A stretch of 64,000 nucleotides of DNA from a virus, in the IMG/VR virus record IMGVR_UViG_3300027028_000045, positions 2,307-66,306 of that record. One strand, 5' to 3'. Shown here piece after piece: positions 36,679 through 45,749 of this stretch; position 1 is the stretch's first letter, and each line of letters opens with the position of its first letter. The translations under genes and the position numbers were made by a program. The notes beneath the pieces were generated by a model, which was not told where the DNA came from, did no database searches, and saw only the letters and a program-made list of their open reading frames with translations.

Positions 36679-36706
36679 TACTTATATAAATACGGAGGTG
36701 GTGCGG

Positions 36707-36934
36707 ATGGGCAAGCGCATAAACGTAAGGCCGCGTCTGAAAGAATTAATGAAGGCGGATGGTTGGACGCAAATAAGGCTGTCTGAAGCGTCGGGCGTTC
36801 CGCAGGGTTCTATCTCACGGTTCGATACGAATAGTCGGCACGAAGACTGGCAGGTCGTTGCGATCATGAAGGCGGGCGGTTGGAAGTACGAGGATCTGTT
36901 CGAAATAGAGGACGAAGACAGCGACGAAAAGTAG
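36707..36934 (+). CDS. XRE-family HTH regulator
   Basis: ATG after GGAGGTG; RLKELMKADGWTQIRLSEASGVPQGSISRF. Confidence 0.88.
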   Translation: MGKRINVRPRLKELMKADGWTQIRLSEASGVPQGSISRFDTNSRHEDWQVVAIMKAGGWKYEDLFEIEDEDSDEK

Positions 36935-36988
36935 GGACGTTCAGGGCGAGCGTCTCTTTTTTTTGCGCCGAAAAACGGTTAGCCGACG

Positions 36989-37044
36989 TTTCAGTGTGGC
37001 GAAAACAGAACAAAACGGCCTTTCAGTGTGGCGAAAACAGAACA
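36989..37044 (+). repeat. 24-bp direct repeat x2 (period 32)
   Basis: TTTCAGTGTGGCGAAAACAGAACA at 36989-37012 and 37021-37044. Confidence 0.9.
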
Positions 37045-38010
37045 CGTCAAAACCGCCTTGACGCTTAGAGCCACACGGGATACAGCCGTTTTTAGGCGTT
37101 AACGTTGTCTTATTCTTAAGGGAAAGACCTAGCGTCACTCCGTTCCGCAGATAACGCAATAGAATACATATATAGAAGGAAGGCGGCTTATTATTTGCGG
37201 ACGAGGCGGAGCCGAGGGCGCTGTACTTAAATACATACGGAAAGGACAACGTTAATATAGCGGACATATAAACGATGACTAATCGTTATGATTGCGTAGG
37301 TATACCCATAAAACATGCGGATATGTATCCTATATAATGAGGACGTAAATGAACGTAACATACTAACGGTAGGGCAACGTATCAGCAGACGATAGGCAGC
37401 GGTTGATTAGCCGAATAGGGTACCGTCATACAGGCGCTATGTAACGGTAGGCACAGGCGGTGTATATAATATAGTACGAAGGCGGACGGTAGGGTGACGG
37501 TGAGGGACAGGCGAAGACATCCGCAATCAAGCAAGCGCCTCTACCGGACGAGGCCTCCGAAAACTCAGGGGGTCAGAAGCCGAAGCCAATCCGTTTATGC
37601 AGGATCGTATACATGACGGCCGGCATAGGTAGCCCGCACGGATAGCGGCATGGCGGGGCTGGTGCGATGTATAAAGTTAATACGTTTCATTGCGCTGAAC
37701 TAACGGCGTCCAACCGCTGTGCATCAACGTTCGTCATCAATGCGAATGTAACAGAAAGTCTTTTTGTTACTTTCGTTATGCAATATTATGAATACGTTAT
37801 TCAATAATAATCGCGAAAAATAGACGAAGCCTCCCGCCCCCAAGCGCCCCAAACGAAAACGCGGAATCTAGTGAACAAAACTTGCGCACAATTTTTTAAA
37901 CTCGGGGTGTTAATCGTCTACCCGTACGTAGACATACGTCGTAGCTATCCGAAGTTTCTCGGAGCGGGTGGAGGGTTAATACGCTAATTAAACGTAGAGG
38001 AGACGTTCAA

Positions 38011-39058
38011 ATGAGACGCTATAAAATCGTTCCATCAGACGTAAGATTCAAATTGCCGTATCGGTTCGATTTTGATCGGCTGAAATACACGGCCGGATAC
38101 GGATTTCATCTGACGGCTTCGGACGCTTTGTTTATGTGGGATATGCATTTAATAACGCGAGGGAGACGTTCGCGTGATGCTAATTACTGACGGATGTATT
38201 CAATACGCGTCTAACGCCTATTTTACGAAAGGTACAAGCGCCAAATTGCGGGAATACTTAAGCGACATCGCTTTTTCGGATTATCTTCCGAACTTATACG
38301 GAATGTACGAGTTGAGACGCGAACAAGAAGAAATCTTAGGATTATACTTGATCGGATTCTATTCATATCGTCTTGTTGCGCGAGATTCAAATACATACCC
38401 GCAAGAAATCCCGTTATTTCCTGATGAAGAGGGCAACGTATTTTTTGTTATACGAGAAGGAGGTCGCTAGGATGACGGTCGAAATTACCGGATGTTTTAA
38501 ACTCGCTGAGAACGTATATGTCTCGGGAAGCACTAGCGGAAATATTAGAAAATCATTAGGCGATAAAGCATCGGAAATCTTGACGCATATCCATGAAAGC
38601 TACGTAGCGGAGAGGGTTGCGATAGAATCATTCGACGACTTTTCACTCTGTGTCTATACGTATCGCATCAATGCGCAAGATTCGAAAATAATGACACAAC
38701 AATTACCCGGTTATGTCGGCGAAGATGGATCGTTAAGTATCGTTGTTTGGGAAACGGAGGTGATCGCCCCATGACCACGCTACCTAACTACGTCACCTGC
38801 GACGCGTGCAAACAACAGACCGCCGTCGTATTAAAAGAACGGGCCGTACGAAAAGGCGTCGTCGAAACGTACTTTGACTGTATCGTCTGCGGTACGCATT
38901 ACCCGACCGCGATCACGAACAGCGCGCTACGAACGAAAATAGAAACGCTTAAGCAACTACGGCTTACTGACGGATCAGAACCGGCTTCAATCGACGCGCT
39001 TAAAACGGAAATAACCGCCGATATGAAATTATTGCGTGAACGATACGGACTAGCATAA
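38011..39058 (+). CDS. four small ORFs (38011-38190, 38174-38470, 38472-38774, zinc-finger 38771-39058)
   Basis: Each preceded by an RBS; the last has CDAC...CIVC. Confidence 0.55.
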
Positions 39059-39173
39059 CGATTTTAACACGTAAAATGCACGAAATTAGACGTTTTAGTA
39101 GCTGACTAAAGTATTCGTAAGGGTGGTTGGTGAAAAGCGTTAATTTCGTTTGATTTTTAACGCAATCAGAACG

Positions 39174-39204
39174 AGGCTTCCGGACAGCGCCGGAGGTCTT
39201 TTTG
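39174..39204 (+). terminator. intrinsic terminator
   Basis: GAGGCTTCCGG-ACAGCG-CCGGAGGTCTTTTT. Confidence 0.65.
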
Positions 39205-39302
39205 TGCTTGCGTCTAACTGATCAGACGGTACTAACCGTTGACGTACGTACATTCACCGGCACGCCTCTCGAAGAAGCGGACCACGGCCGGTGTGACAAC
39301 AT

Positions 39303-39374
39303 AGGGGCGCATGTTCCAAGGTGGCGATACGGTCTCCAAAACCGCGTGGGCAGGTTCGATTCCTGTCGCCTCTG
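39303..39374 (+). tRNA. tRNA-Trp (CCA)
   Basis: Acceptor AGGGGCG/CGCCTCT, anticodon arm CGGT-CTCCAAA-ACCG, T arm GCAGG-TTCGATT-CCTGT; weak D stem; CCA end not encoded. Confidence 0.85.
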
Positions 39375-39431
39375 TAAAAAGCGTGTTGCAACGTGTAGCA
39401 CGCTTTAATAACGAAAAGGGAGATGACGTGA

Positions 39432-39683
39432 ATGGCGGAAAACAAACGCGAATCAGTCGGAAATTTAAACGTAAAGGTAGACGTAGATGTTTCGGAAGCT
39501 ATTAAAGGACTAAAAGGGGTCCAGCGCGCAGCGAAAGACGCGGCGAAGGCGTTAGCTGAACTAGACGCGGCGATAAGAGGGGATGAAAAGACGCCAAATA
39601 ATCGCAGAAAAGGCGGCTGTGGAACTGTAGAGTCACCGTATGCGCTCGACTGGCGTCGGGGCGGCATAGATTCTTCGGAATAA
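39432..39683 (+). CDS. small hypothetical phage protein
   Basis: GGGAG RBS; LNVKVDVDVSEAIKGLK..QRAAK. Confidence 0.6.
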   Translation: MAENKRESVGNLNVKVDVDVSEAIKGLKGVQRAAKDAAKALAELDAAIRGDEKTPNNRRKGGCGTVESPYALDWRRGGIDSSE

Positions 39684-39699
39684 ATAAAAGCACCACGAC

Positions 39700-40245
39700 C
39701 TAAATCGCGATGCTCTCATATGCGTCCGAAATCTCGTCGGCCGTGATACCGATATATTTTAGCGTATCTTTTTCGGATGAATGCCCGAGTATAGCCATGA
39801 TCCGATCGACTGCGATATTCATTTCGTACAGACGGTAGCCGAACGTTTTTCTAAGCGTATGAGTCCCGATGTTGCCGATCTTTTTAGCGATCTCGGCGCG
39901 CTCGGCGGCTTCGTTTAGAATGCGATAGGCTTGGACGCGACTGATTGGCTTGGCGCCCTTGCGGCTGGCAAATACGTAGTCTTCGTCAGCGCCTTCGAGT
40001 TCATTGACGAGCTTTTTGACGGATGCCGAGAACGTAATGACACGCGTCTTTCCGCGCTTGGCTTCGGTTATTTTAAGAGACGTTTGGCCGCGAAGATCGC
40101 CGACCTTAAGCGAAAGTAAATCGGAGATTCTCAGCCCAAAAGCCGTCCCTAATTGCAATAACAGACGGTCGCGCCCCGGTTTGAGGGCGTTTTTTAATTT
40201 ATTGAAATCGCGTTTACTTTTGATCGGGTTCACTTCGTTAGCCAT
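39700..40245 (-). CDS. minimal tyrosine recombinase (catalytic domain only, 181 aa)
   Basis: GLRISDLL (R), AKRGK (K), HTLRKTFG (HxxR), LGHSS (H), LKYIG (Y); ATG 40245 after GGAGTG. Confidence 0.92.
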   Translation of the reverse strand: MANEVNPIKSKRDFNKLKNALKPGRDRLLLQLGTAFGLRISDLLSLKVGDLRGQTSLKITEAKRGKTRVITFSASVKKLVNELEGADEDYVFASRKGAKPISRVQAYRILNEAAERAEIAKKIGNIGTHTLRKTFGYRLYEMNIAVDRIMAILGHSSEKDTLKYIGITADEISDAYESIAI

Positions 40246-40258
40246 ACGTTTCACTCCA

Positions 40259-40286
40259 ATGTACTTTAATTATTTTTAAGTTACAT
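40259..40286. other. dif-like tyrosine-recombinase site (11-6-11)
   Basis: ATGTACTTTAA-TTATTT-TTAAGTTACAT; arms are 9/11 complementary; lies between the -10 and the RBS of the recombinase. Confidence 0.6.
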
Positions 40287-40288
40287 TC

Positions 40289-40317
40289 ATTATACGATAA
40301 CGAATACGGTAAGTCAA
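40289..40317 (-). promoter_or_regulatory. sigma-A promoter of the recombinase carrying the XRE-type operator
   Basis: TTGACT-17-TATAAT; contains TATTCGTTATCGTATAAT identical to 36661-36678. Confidence 0.8.
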
Positions 40318-40346
40318 CGGCAAATAGACGGAAGGAGGACGATAAC

Positions 40347-42113
40347 TTGGCGTATATAAATGGCAAGTTTTTAGAACGTGAAGAAAGACAGGCACGGATA
40401 GAGGCCGTCACGGAGCGGCTGAAGAAATTACGCGACATTATCAAAGCGGGAAAACACTCGGACTACCATGTCGATCTTATGCGGAAAGACCGCGACGAAC
40501 TCACCAAACTAAAACGGGTACACCGTGCCGAGGTCGATATGCTCTATTTCTTCTACGAATACTTTTCGGAAGCAAGAAACCCGGGAAATCCGGATAACCT
40601 CGTACCGACGACCGCGGTAGACATGGACGACGCGCCGAATTTCCACACCAAGTTATCGTCGATCCTCGACTCGGTATCTAACCGAAATAAAACGGCGCGT
40701 ATCGCATGGGCTGCGTCGCGGGGACACGCAAAGTCAGCGTATCTATCGAATGCCTATCCGGTGCGTGAAATCGTGTATAAAAAACGACGCATGATCTTGA
40801 TTATTTCGGAAACGAATGCCGGATCGATCAAGTTCATTAAATGGGTCGCGGGACAGCTTAAGTACAACCAAAAGCTACGCGAAGACTTTGGCGAGGTCCT
40901 ATACGAGCAGAAAACGCGCAACGAAAAGGATTCCGAAACGGCTTTTATAACAACGACCGGAATCAAAATGGAAGCGACGTCGCTCGGAACGCAGATTCGT
41001 GGTTTCCGTAATGGTTCGCAGCGACCGGATTTAGTTTTATTGGACGACTTAGAGTCGCTTGACTCGAACAATACGCCTGAACTGCGTCAGAAGGCAAAGG
41101 ATTGGCTTAACCAAGACCTTATGCCAGCGGGCGATCCTACGAAAACAGCTTTTATTTTCATGGGAACACTTGTGCATTTCGATAGTTTGCTGAACTACGT
41201 ACTGCAAGAACGTCGCGACTTCATTAAAAACAGCTTTCCGGCGATCATCAAGCCGCCGAAGCGAACCGACCTATGGGCGAAATTTGAACGTATCTACAAA
41301 GAATACGTACCAAGTGACGAAGAAGTCGAAGAAATGATGCAAGCAGAATCGGAAGACTCGATGTCCACGCCGAATGCGCGCGCAGCTATCCGTTTCTATG
41401 AAGAACATAAAGCGGAAATGGACGAAGGCGCCGAGGTTTTATGGCCGGGGCGTTTTCCTTTGCCTGCGCTGATGATCGAAAAGGTCAATATCGGCATAAA
41501 GGCGTTCAATACCGAATTTATGAATAATCCAATCGACGAGGATTCGCAGCTATTCAAGCCGGAATCCTTTTCGTATTGGACGGATTTTAAACTTAATCGT
41601 AAAGACTACGCCGTTTATATGGGGATAGATTTCGCAATGGGTAAAGAACGAGGAGACTTCTCGGCAATCGTGACAATCGCAAAACATAAAAAGACCGGAA
41701 AGATTTACGTCATTGACGCTTACGGAGAACGAATACATCCCGATAAGTTTCTGCGCAGGATTGTGGAGAAGGTTATCGAGTACCTACCCGATCGAATAGC
41801 GGCAGAGTCTCAAATGGCGCAAGAGTTCTTCATTGATACGCTGAAACGCGAGTTGGTAGTACAAGGATACCCGGCTGGATCGCGCGTCACAAAAATAAAT
41901 CAACGATCGCGGAAAGAACTCCGTATCGAAGCACTCATGCCGCAGATCGAAAAAGGTGAGATCGAATTTCACCGCAGTCAAACGCTCTTACTCGAGCAGT
42001 TTGAGCGGTACGGCTCGAATTGGCACGATGACCTACCGGATGCGTTAGAAATGGCGGTGAGTGTCAGCAAGCGAGCGAAAACGATGCTTCAGGAGAAGCC
42101 GAAGTATATGTAA
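40347..42113 (+). CDS. terL: terminase large subunit
   Basis: ASRGHAKS Walker A, LLDDLE Walker B, MGTL, MGIDFA and HDDLPDA nuclease motifs. Confidence 0.93.
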   Translation: MAYINGKFLEREERQARIEAVTERLKKLRDIIKAGKHSDYHVDLMRKDRDELTKLKRVHRAEVDMLYFFYEYFSEARNPGNPDNLVPTTAVDMDDAPNFHTKLSSILDSVSNRNKTARIAWAASRGHAKSAYLSNAYPVREIVYKKRRMILIISETNAGSIKFIKWVAGQLKYNQKLREDFGEVLYEQKTRNEKDSETAFITTTGIKMEATSLGTQIRGFRNGSQRPDLVLLDDLESLDSNNTPELRQKAKDWLNQDLMPAGDPTKTAFIFMGTLVHFDSLLNYVLQERRDFIKNSFPAIIKPPKRTDLWAKFERIYKEYVPSDEEVEEMMQAESEDSMSTPNARAAIRFYEEHKAEMDEGAEVLWPGRFPLPALMIEKVNIGIKAFNTEFMNNPIDEDSQLFKPESFSYWTDFKLNRKDYAVYMGIDFAMGKERGDFSAIVTIAKHKKTGKIYVIDAYGERIHPDKFLRRIVEKVIEYLPDRIAAESQMAQEFFIDTLKRELVVQGYPAGSRVTKINQRSRKELRIEALMPQIEKGEIEFHRSQTLLLEQFERYGSNWHDDLPDALEMAVSVSKRAKTMLQEKPKYM

Positions 42114-42130
42114 CGAAAGGAGGACGTTAA

Positions 42131-42556
42131 ATGTCGAGAATTAAGCAGCTAGAGGCGCAACTGTCGTTTGAGAAGCGGAAAGCCGCCCAGGCCTGCGCTT
42201 TGAATGAAATTATGCCGGAAGGCGGCGAGAAGAAAACGCAGGAGCAACTCGCAGAAGAACTAGGGATGTCGCGAATGGGGTTGTATCGATGGCGAACGCA
42301 AGATCCAACGTTCATTGAATACATGAATTTGTTAGCAGACGATATGCTTTCGAGTCACAGATCGGAAGTATACGGTCAATTAATGAAATTGATTAAGGGG
42401 CCGCAACCGTCCGTTAAAGCGATTGACTTATTCATGAAACGATACGGACTGCTTACCGAAAAGCAAATTATTACCGACAACACAACAACCGACGAGTCAG
42501 TCGATGATATTCAAAATGAAGCGGATAAGTTAGACGCACTTCTAAAGGAGGAATAA
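42131..42556 (+). CDS. HTH protein, probable terminase small subunit
   Basis: KTQEQLAEELGMSRMGLYRWRTQDPTF HTH; PSVKAIDLFMK; sits between terL and portal. Confidence 0.65.
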   Translation: MSRIKQLEAQLSFEKRKAAQACALNEIMPEGGEKKTQEQLAEELGMSRMGLYRWRTQDPTFIEYMNLLADDMLSSHRSEVYGQLMKLIKGPQPSVKAIDLFMKRYGLLTEKQIITDNTTTDESVDDIQNEADKLDALLKEE

Positions 42557-42559
42557 GCG

Positions 42560-44161
42560 ATGGGTTTTACGGACTTATTTAAGCACCGCAACCACGAACC
42601 CGACGACGGATCGCATACTAAGACATACAGTATCATCCGACCCGGCGCGCAGTTTCCTCCGGCTGATTCAATCGAGCGACTAGCGAAATATCGGCGCATG
42701 AAAAAGTTGTTTGAGGGACGACAGCGAGACGTTTATGAGCGTGCAACCGAGGTGCTCAAAGACTCGCCACAAGCCGAGCAATTAAAGAAGCTATATATCG
42801 CGGTCAATCTTGCCGACATTCTCGTAACTAAGCCGGCTGACCTTCTCGTAGGCGAACCGGTTCAGTTCGAAAGCGGTTTACCCGACGACAGCGAGGAACA
42901 AAGAGCACTGAATCGCTACGTAGAGGAAAACGACATTAATCAGCTTCTTCACGAAAGTGCAACAGCTAACGGATTTCGAGGCGATTCATGGTTTAAGGTT
43001 CGATATGGCTACCGTCAAGACTTTACGGAAGTTGAGGAGCTCGGCTTACCCGTGCCGGCAGATGTCGAGATGGAAGCGATCATTGAACACGTAAGCGCTG
43101 GCGCAGTCTTTCCGGAGTTCAGCGCCGGCAACGTCAAGAAGTTAAAGGCGGTCAATATTGCGCAGATTGAATGGGTCGAAACGGAGAAGACGGAGATTCC
43201 GTTTTTAAACGTTGAACGACACGTACCAGGTTATATTCTGTACTCGCGGCATCGTTTGAACGAAAATGGCGTTGATACTTCAACGGGCACGCCGGTACCC
43301 GTATTTAAGATTGGTGAACAATTGCCGACAGGACGCGAAGAAGATATCGAAGAAACTCACTTACCGCATATTCCGGTTTTTCACGTTCCGTACAAGTCGA
43401 TCGATGACGAGTTCTTCGGAATCGGCGGATTAGAAAAGTTAGAAACGACGTTTGCTGCGATTAACGATCGCCTAGTTCAGATCGATTATATTTTATGGAA
43501 GCACAGCGATCCTACTGCGTATGGTCCGGAGATTCAAGACGATGGAGATACGGTTCGCTTCGGTGGCGCTTATATTCCGGTAACAAAAGAAGACCATACG
43601 CCGGGGTACATGGTATGGCAAGCGCAACTAGACGCCGCCTTTAAAGAATTAGACGTTCTTCTGAGTACCGTATTCATGATGTCGGAAACGCCGCAGTGGC
43701 TTTTCGGAACCACGATGTCAGGTGATAATTCAGGCGGAACAGGAACTTCTCATACAGATGGAGCCGCAATCAAAGCACGCTTTATGCCGATTCTTTCGAA
43801 AGTAAAACGAATCAGAGCACACTACGATAAAGCGGTTCGAGACGCGTTATGGACGTGCATGTTATTAGAGAAGGCGGTCAATCGAATCAAAATCGACGAG
43901 GCCGTTTACCCGCGAGCTATTTGGAACGACGGCATTCCGCAGAATGAAAAAGAACTTGCGGAGATCATGCAGATCAGAACGGCAGGCAAGCCGACTATTG
44001 ACGTGAGGGGCGCAATCAAGGCGATGGACGACGTTGATGATGAAAAAGCCGACGAAACCATGAGACGTATTGAAGAAGACGAAACATCCGCAAATGGGTT
44101 CGTAGATGCGTCGATCTTTAATGAACCGGAAACGTCGCCGGAACCTGAGGACGTTGAGTAA
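42560..44161 (+). CDS. portal protein (SPP1 gp6-like)
   Basis: 533 aa; position and motifs (IPVFHVPY, SETPQWLFG, W.DGIP.NEKE). Confidence 0.88.
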   Translation: MGFTDLFKHRNHEPDDGSHTKTYSIIRPGAQFPPADSIERLAKYRRMKKLFEGRQRDVYERATEVLKDSPQAEQLKKLYIAVNLADILVTKPADLLVGEPVQFESGLPDDSEEQRALNRYVEENDINQLLHESATANGFRGDSWFKVRYGYRQDFTEVEELGLPVPADVEMEAIIEHVSAGAVFPEFSAGNVKKLKAVNIAQIEWVETEKTEIPFLNVERHVPGYILYSRHRLNENGVDTSTGTPVPVFKIGEQLPTGREEDIEETHLPHIPVFHVPYKSIDDEFFGIGGLEKLETTFAAINDRLVQIDYILWKHSDPTAYGPEIQDDGDTVRFGGAYIPVTKEDHTPGYMVWQAQLDAAFKELDVLLSTVFMMSETPQWLFGTTMSGDNSGGTGTSHTDGAAIKARFMPILSKVKRIRAHYDKAVRDALWTCMLLEKAVNRIKIDEAVYPRAIWNDGIPQNEKELAEIMQIRTAGKPTIDVRGAIKAMDDVDDEKADETMRRIEEDETSANGFVDASIFNEPETSPEPEDVE

Positions 44162-44991
44162 TGGCGAAAGCACCGGCACCTAACTACGATTACCAAACGA
44201 AGCAGCTTGCCGGCTATTATCGAATCGCCATCAAAGACATTCTCGCCGAGCTTGACCGCGTTGATATTTCGGATTTCCGACGAGCCAATGCGCTTGCTAC
44301 GCTTCAGTCAATTAGCGGTATTTTATCGGACCTCGATACGAAATCGGCGCGGTGGGTTAGTGAGAACGTGCCTTTTGCTGCGAGAGAAGGCGTAATAAAT
44401 ACGCTTGTAGCGCTTAACATTGCGGAATCAGTTGAACAAGCGGCTCTTATCGTAAAGTTCAACGAGTTAAACGAAGCAATGGTTGCGGCAGCTATTGCGG
44501 ACACACAAGCGGACCTTCTAGCGGTCACGCAAAATGTAGACCGGAAAACAAAAGCCGCAGTCAGGCGCGCCGTTTCCGATTCTATAAAGTACAACATGGC
44601 GTCGGGCACAAATGGAATGCGTACGATTCGAGACGATATCAAAAAGCGTCTCAAAGAATCCGTCATGACCGGAATAGTCGACGCAAAAGGACGGCGATGG
44701 AAGCCGGAAGTATATGCCGATATGGTGACTCGGACAAAAATGATGCAGACATACCGTGAAGCAACGACTAACGAAGCCGTTGATCGCGGCGTTTTGTATG
44801 CGCAAATATCGGCACATAGCGCTAAAGACGCCTGCCGCGGTCACGAAGGCGAGATCATAAAGCTGACGCCGGAAGCGCCTGGCGATTTTAAAACTTACGA
44901 GGAATTGCAAGCAACGGGTGAGATATTTCATCCGCGCTGTAAGCACGTATATTCACCGATTAGAGATGTCGGTTTATTGTCCGAACGTTAA
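44161..44991 (+). CDS. minor capsid / head morphogenesis protein
   Basis: GRRWKPEVYADMVTRT, DACR, FHPRCKH. Confidence 0.85.
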   Translation: MAKAPAPNYDYQTKQLAGYYRIAIKDILAELDRVDISDFRRANALATLQSISGILSDLDTKSARWVSENVPFAAREGVINTLVALNIAESVEQAALIVKFNELNEAMVAAAIADTQADLLAVTQNVDRKTKAAVRRAVSDSIKYNMASGTNGMRTIRDDIKKRLKESVMTGIVDAKGRRWKPEVYADMVTRTKMMQTYREATTNEAVDRGVLYAQISAHSAKDACRGHEGEIIKLTPEAPGDFKTYEELQATGEIFHPRCKHVYSPIRDVGLLSER

Positions 44992-45054
44992 GACGTTAAA
45001 CTAAACGGTTGTTTTAACTAATAGGCGACGGCCTTAAAACGGTTGGAGGACGAT

Positions 45055-45738
45055 ATGTTTGTAAAACGATTTATGCCGTTATTTGACGCAGATGATCAAG
45101 CAGGCGGGGGTCAGGCGGAAGAACAAACGCCGACGCAACCTAACGATGATCAGCCGAAGAAGCTCGAACTCACGCAGGAAGAACTGGACGCATTGATTAC
45201 CAAACGCATTAGCCGCGTTGAATCTAAGTACGCAGATTATGGCGATCTAAAAGAAAAAGTATCAGCGTATGAAAAAGCGGAGCAAGAAAAGGCAGACGCA
45301 GAATTGACGGAACTCGATCGCATCAAAAAGGAACTCGAAGCGAAATCGGAGACTGAGATGTCTCTTGCGAAGCAAATCGAGGATCTTAAAAAAGCGGACG
45401 AACAAAACAAAATTACGAACGAGTTTATTAAGATTGCTACGGCTCACGGCATCGCCTATGTTGACGACGCATTACGTCTCGCAGACTTATCGGAAGTTAA
45501 GGTCGAGGAGGGTAAAGTGCACGGAATAGAAGGTGTTGTTCGGGAGATCGTTGACAATAAACCTTACCTGATTAAATCCACTCAAAATAGTAAGCCAATA
45601 GGCCAACCTACAAATGGAGGAGGATCGGGTGGAGAAATCAAGACATTAGAAGCTCAGTTAACTACTGCGAAAAAGGAAAAAAACTTTTCAAAGGTTGTTG
45701 AGCTTTCTAACAAACTAAAGAGTCTACTAAATAACTAG
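45055..45738 (+). CDS. capsid scaffolding protein
   Basis: Acidic N-terminus, FTQEELD-like LTQEELD, coiled coil, PYL motif. Confidence 0.85.
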   Translation: MFVKRFMPLFDADDQAGGGQAEEQTPTQPNDDQPKKLELTQEELDALITKRISRVESKYADYGDLKEKVSAYEKAEQEKADAELTELDRIKKELEAKSETEMSLAKQIEDLKKADEQNKITNEFIKIATAHGIAYVDDALRLADLSEVKVEEGKVHGIEGVVREIVDNKPYLIKSTQNSKPIGQPTNGGGSGGEIKTLEAQLTTAKKEKNFSKVVELSNKLKSLLNN

Positions 45739-45749
45739 GGGGAAACTAA

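Noticed and set aside
36416-36706. N-terminal extension of the 172-aa track ORF
   Set aside because: It is antisense to the toxin and runs through promoters; the RBS supports the XRE start at 36707
36941-37267. 108-aa reverse ORF ending RRKKKRRSP, resembling the toxin tail
   Set aside because: No RBS, low-complexity translation of repeat and terminator DNA; resemblance is likely coincidental
39303-39374. tRNA as an attL/attR integration scar
   Set aside because: It lies mid-genome with phage genes on both sides and no duplicated 3' tRNA segment was seen in the window
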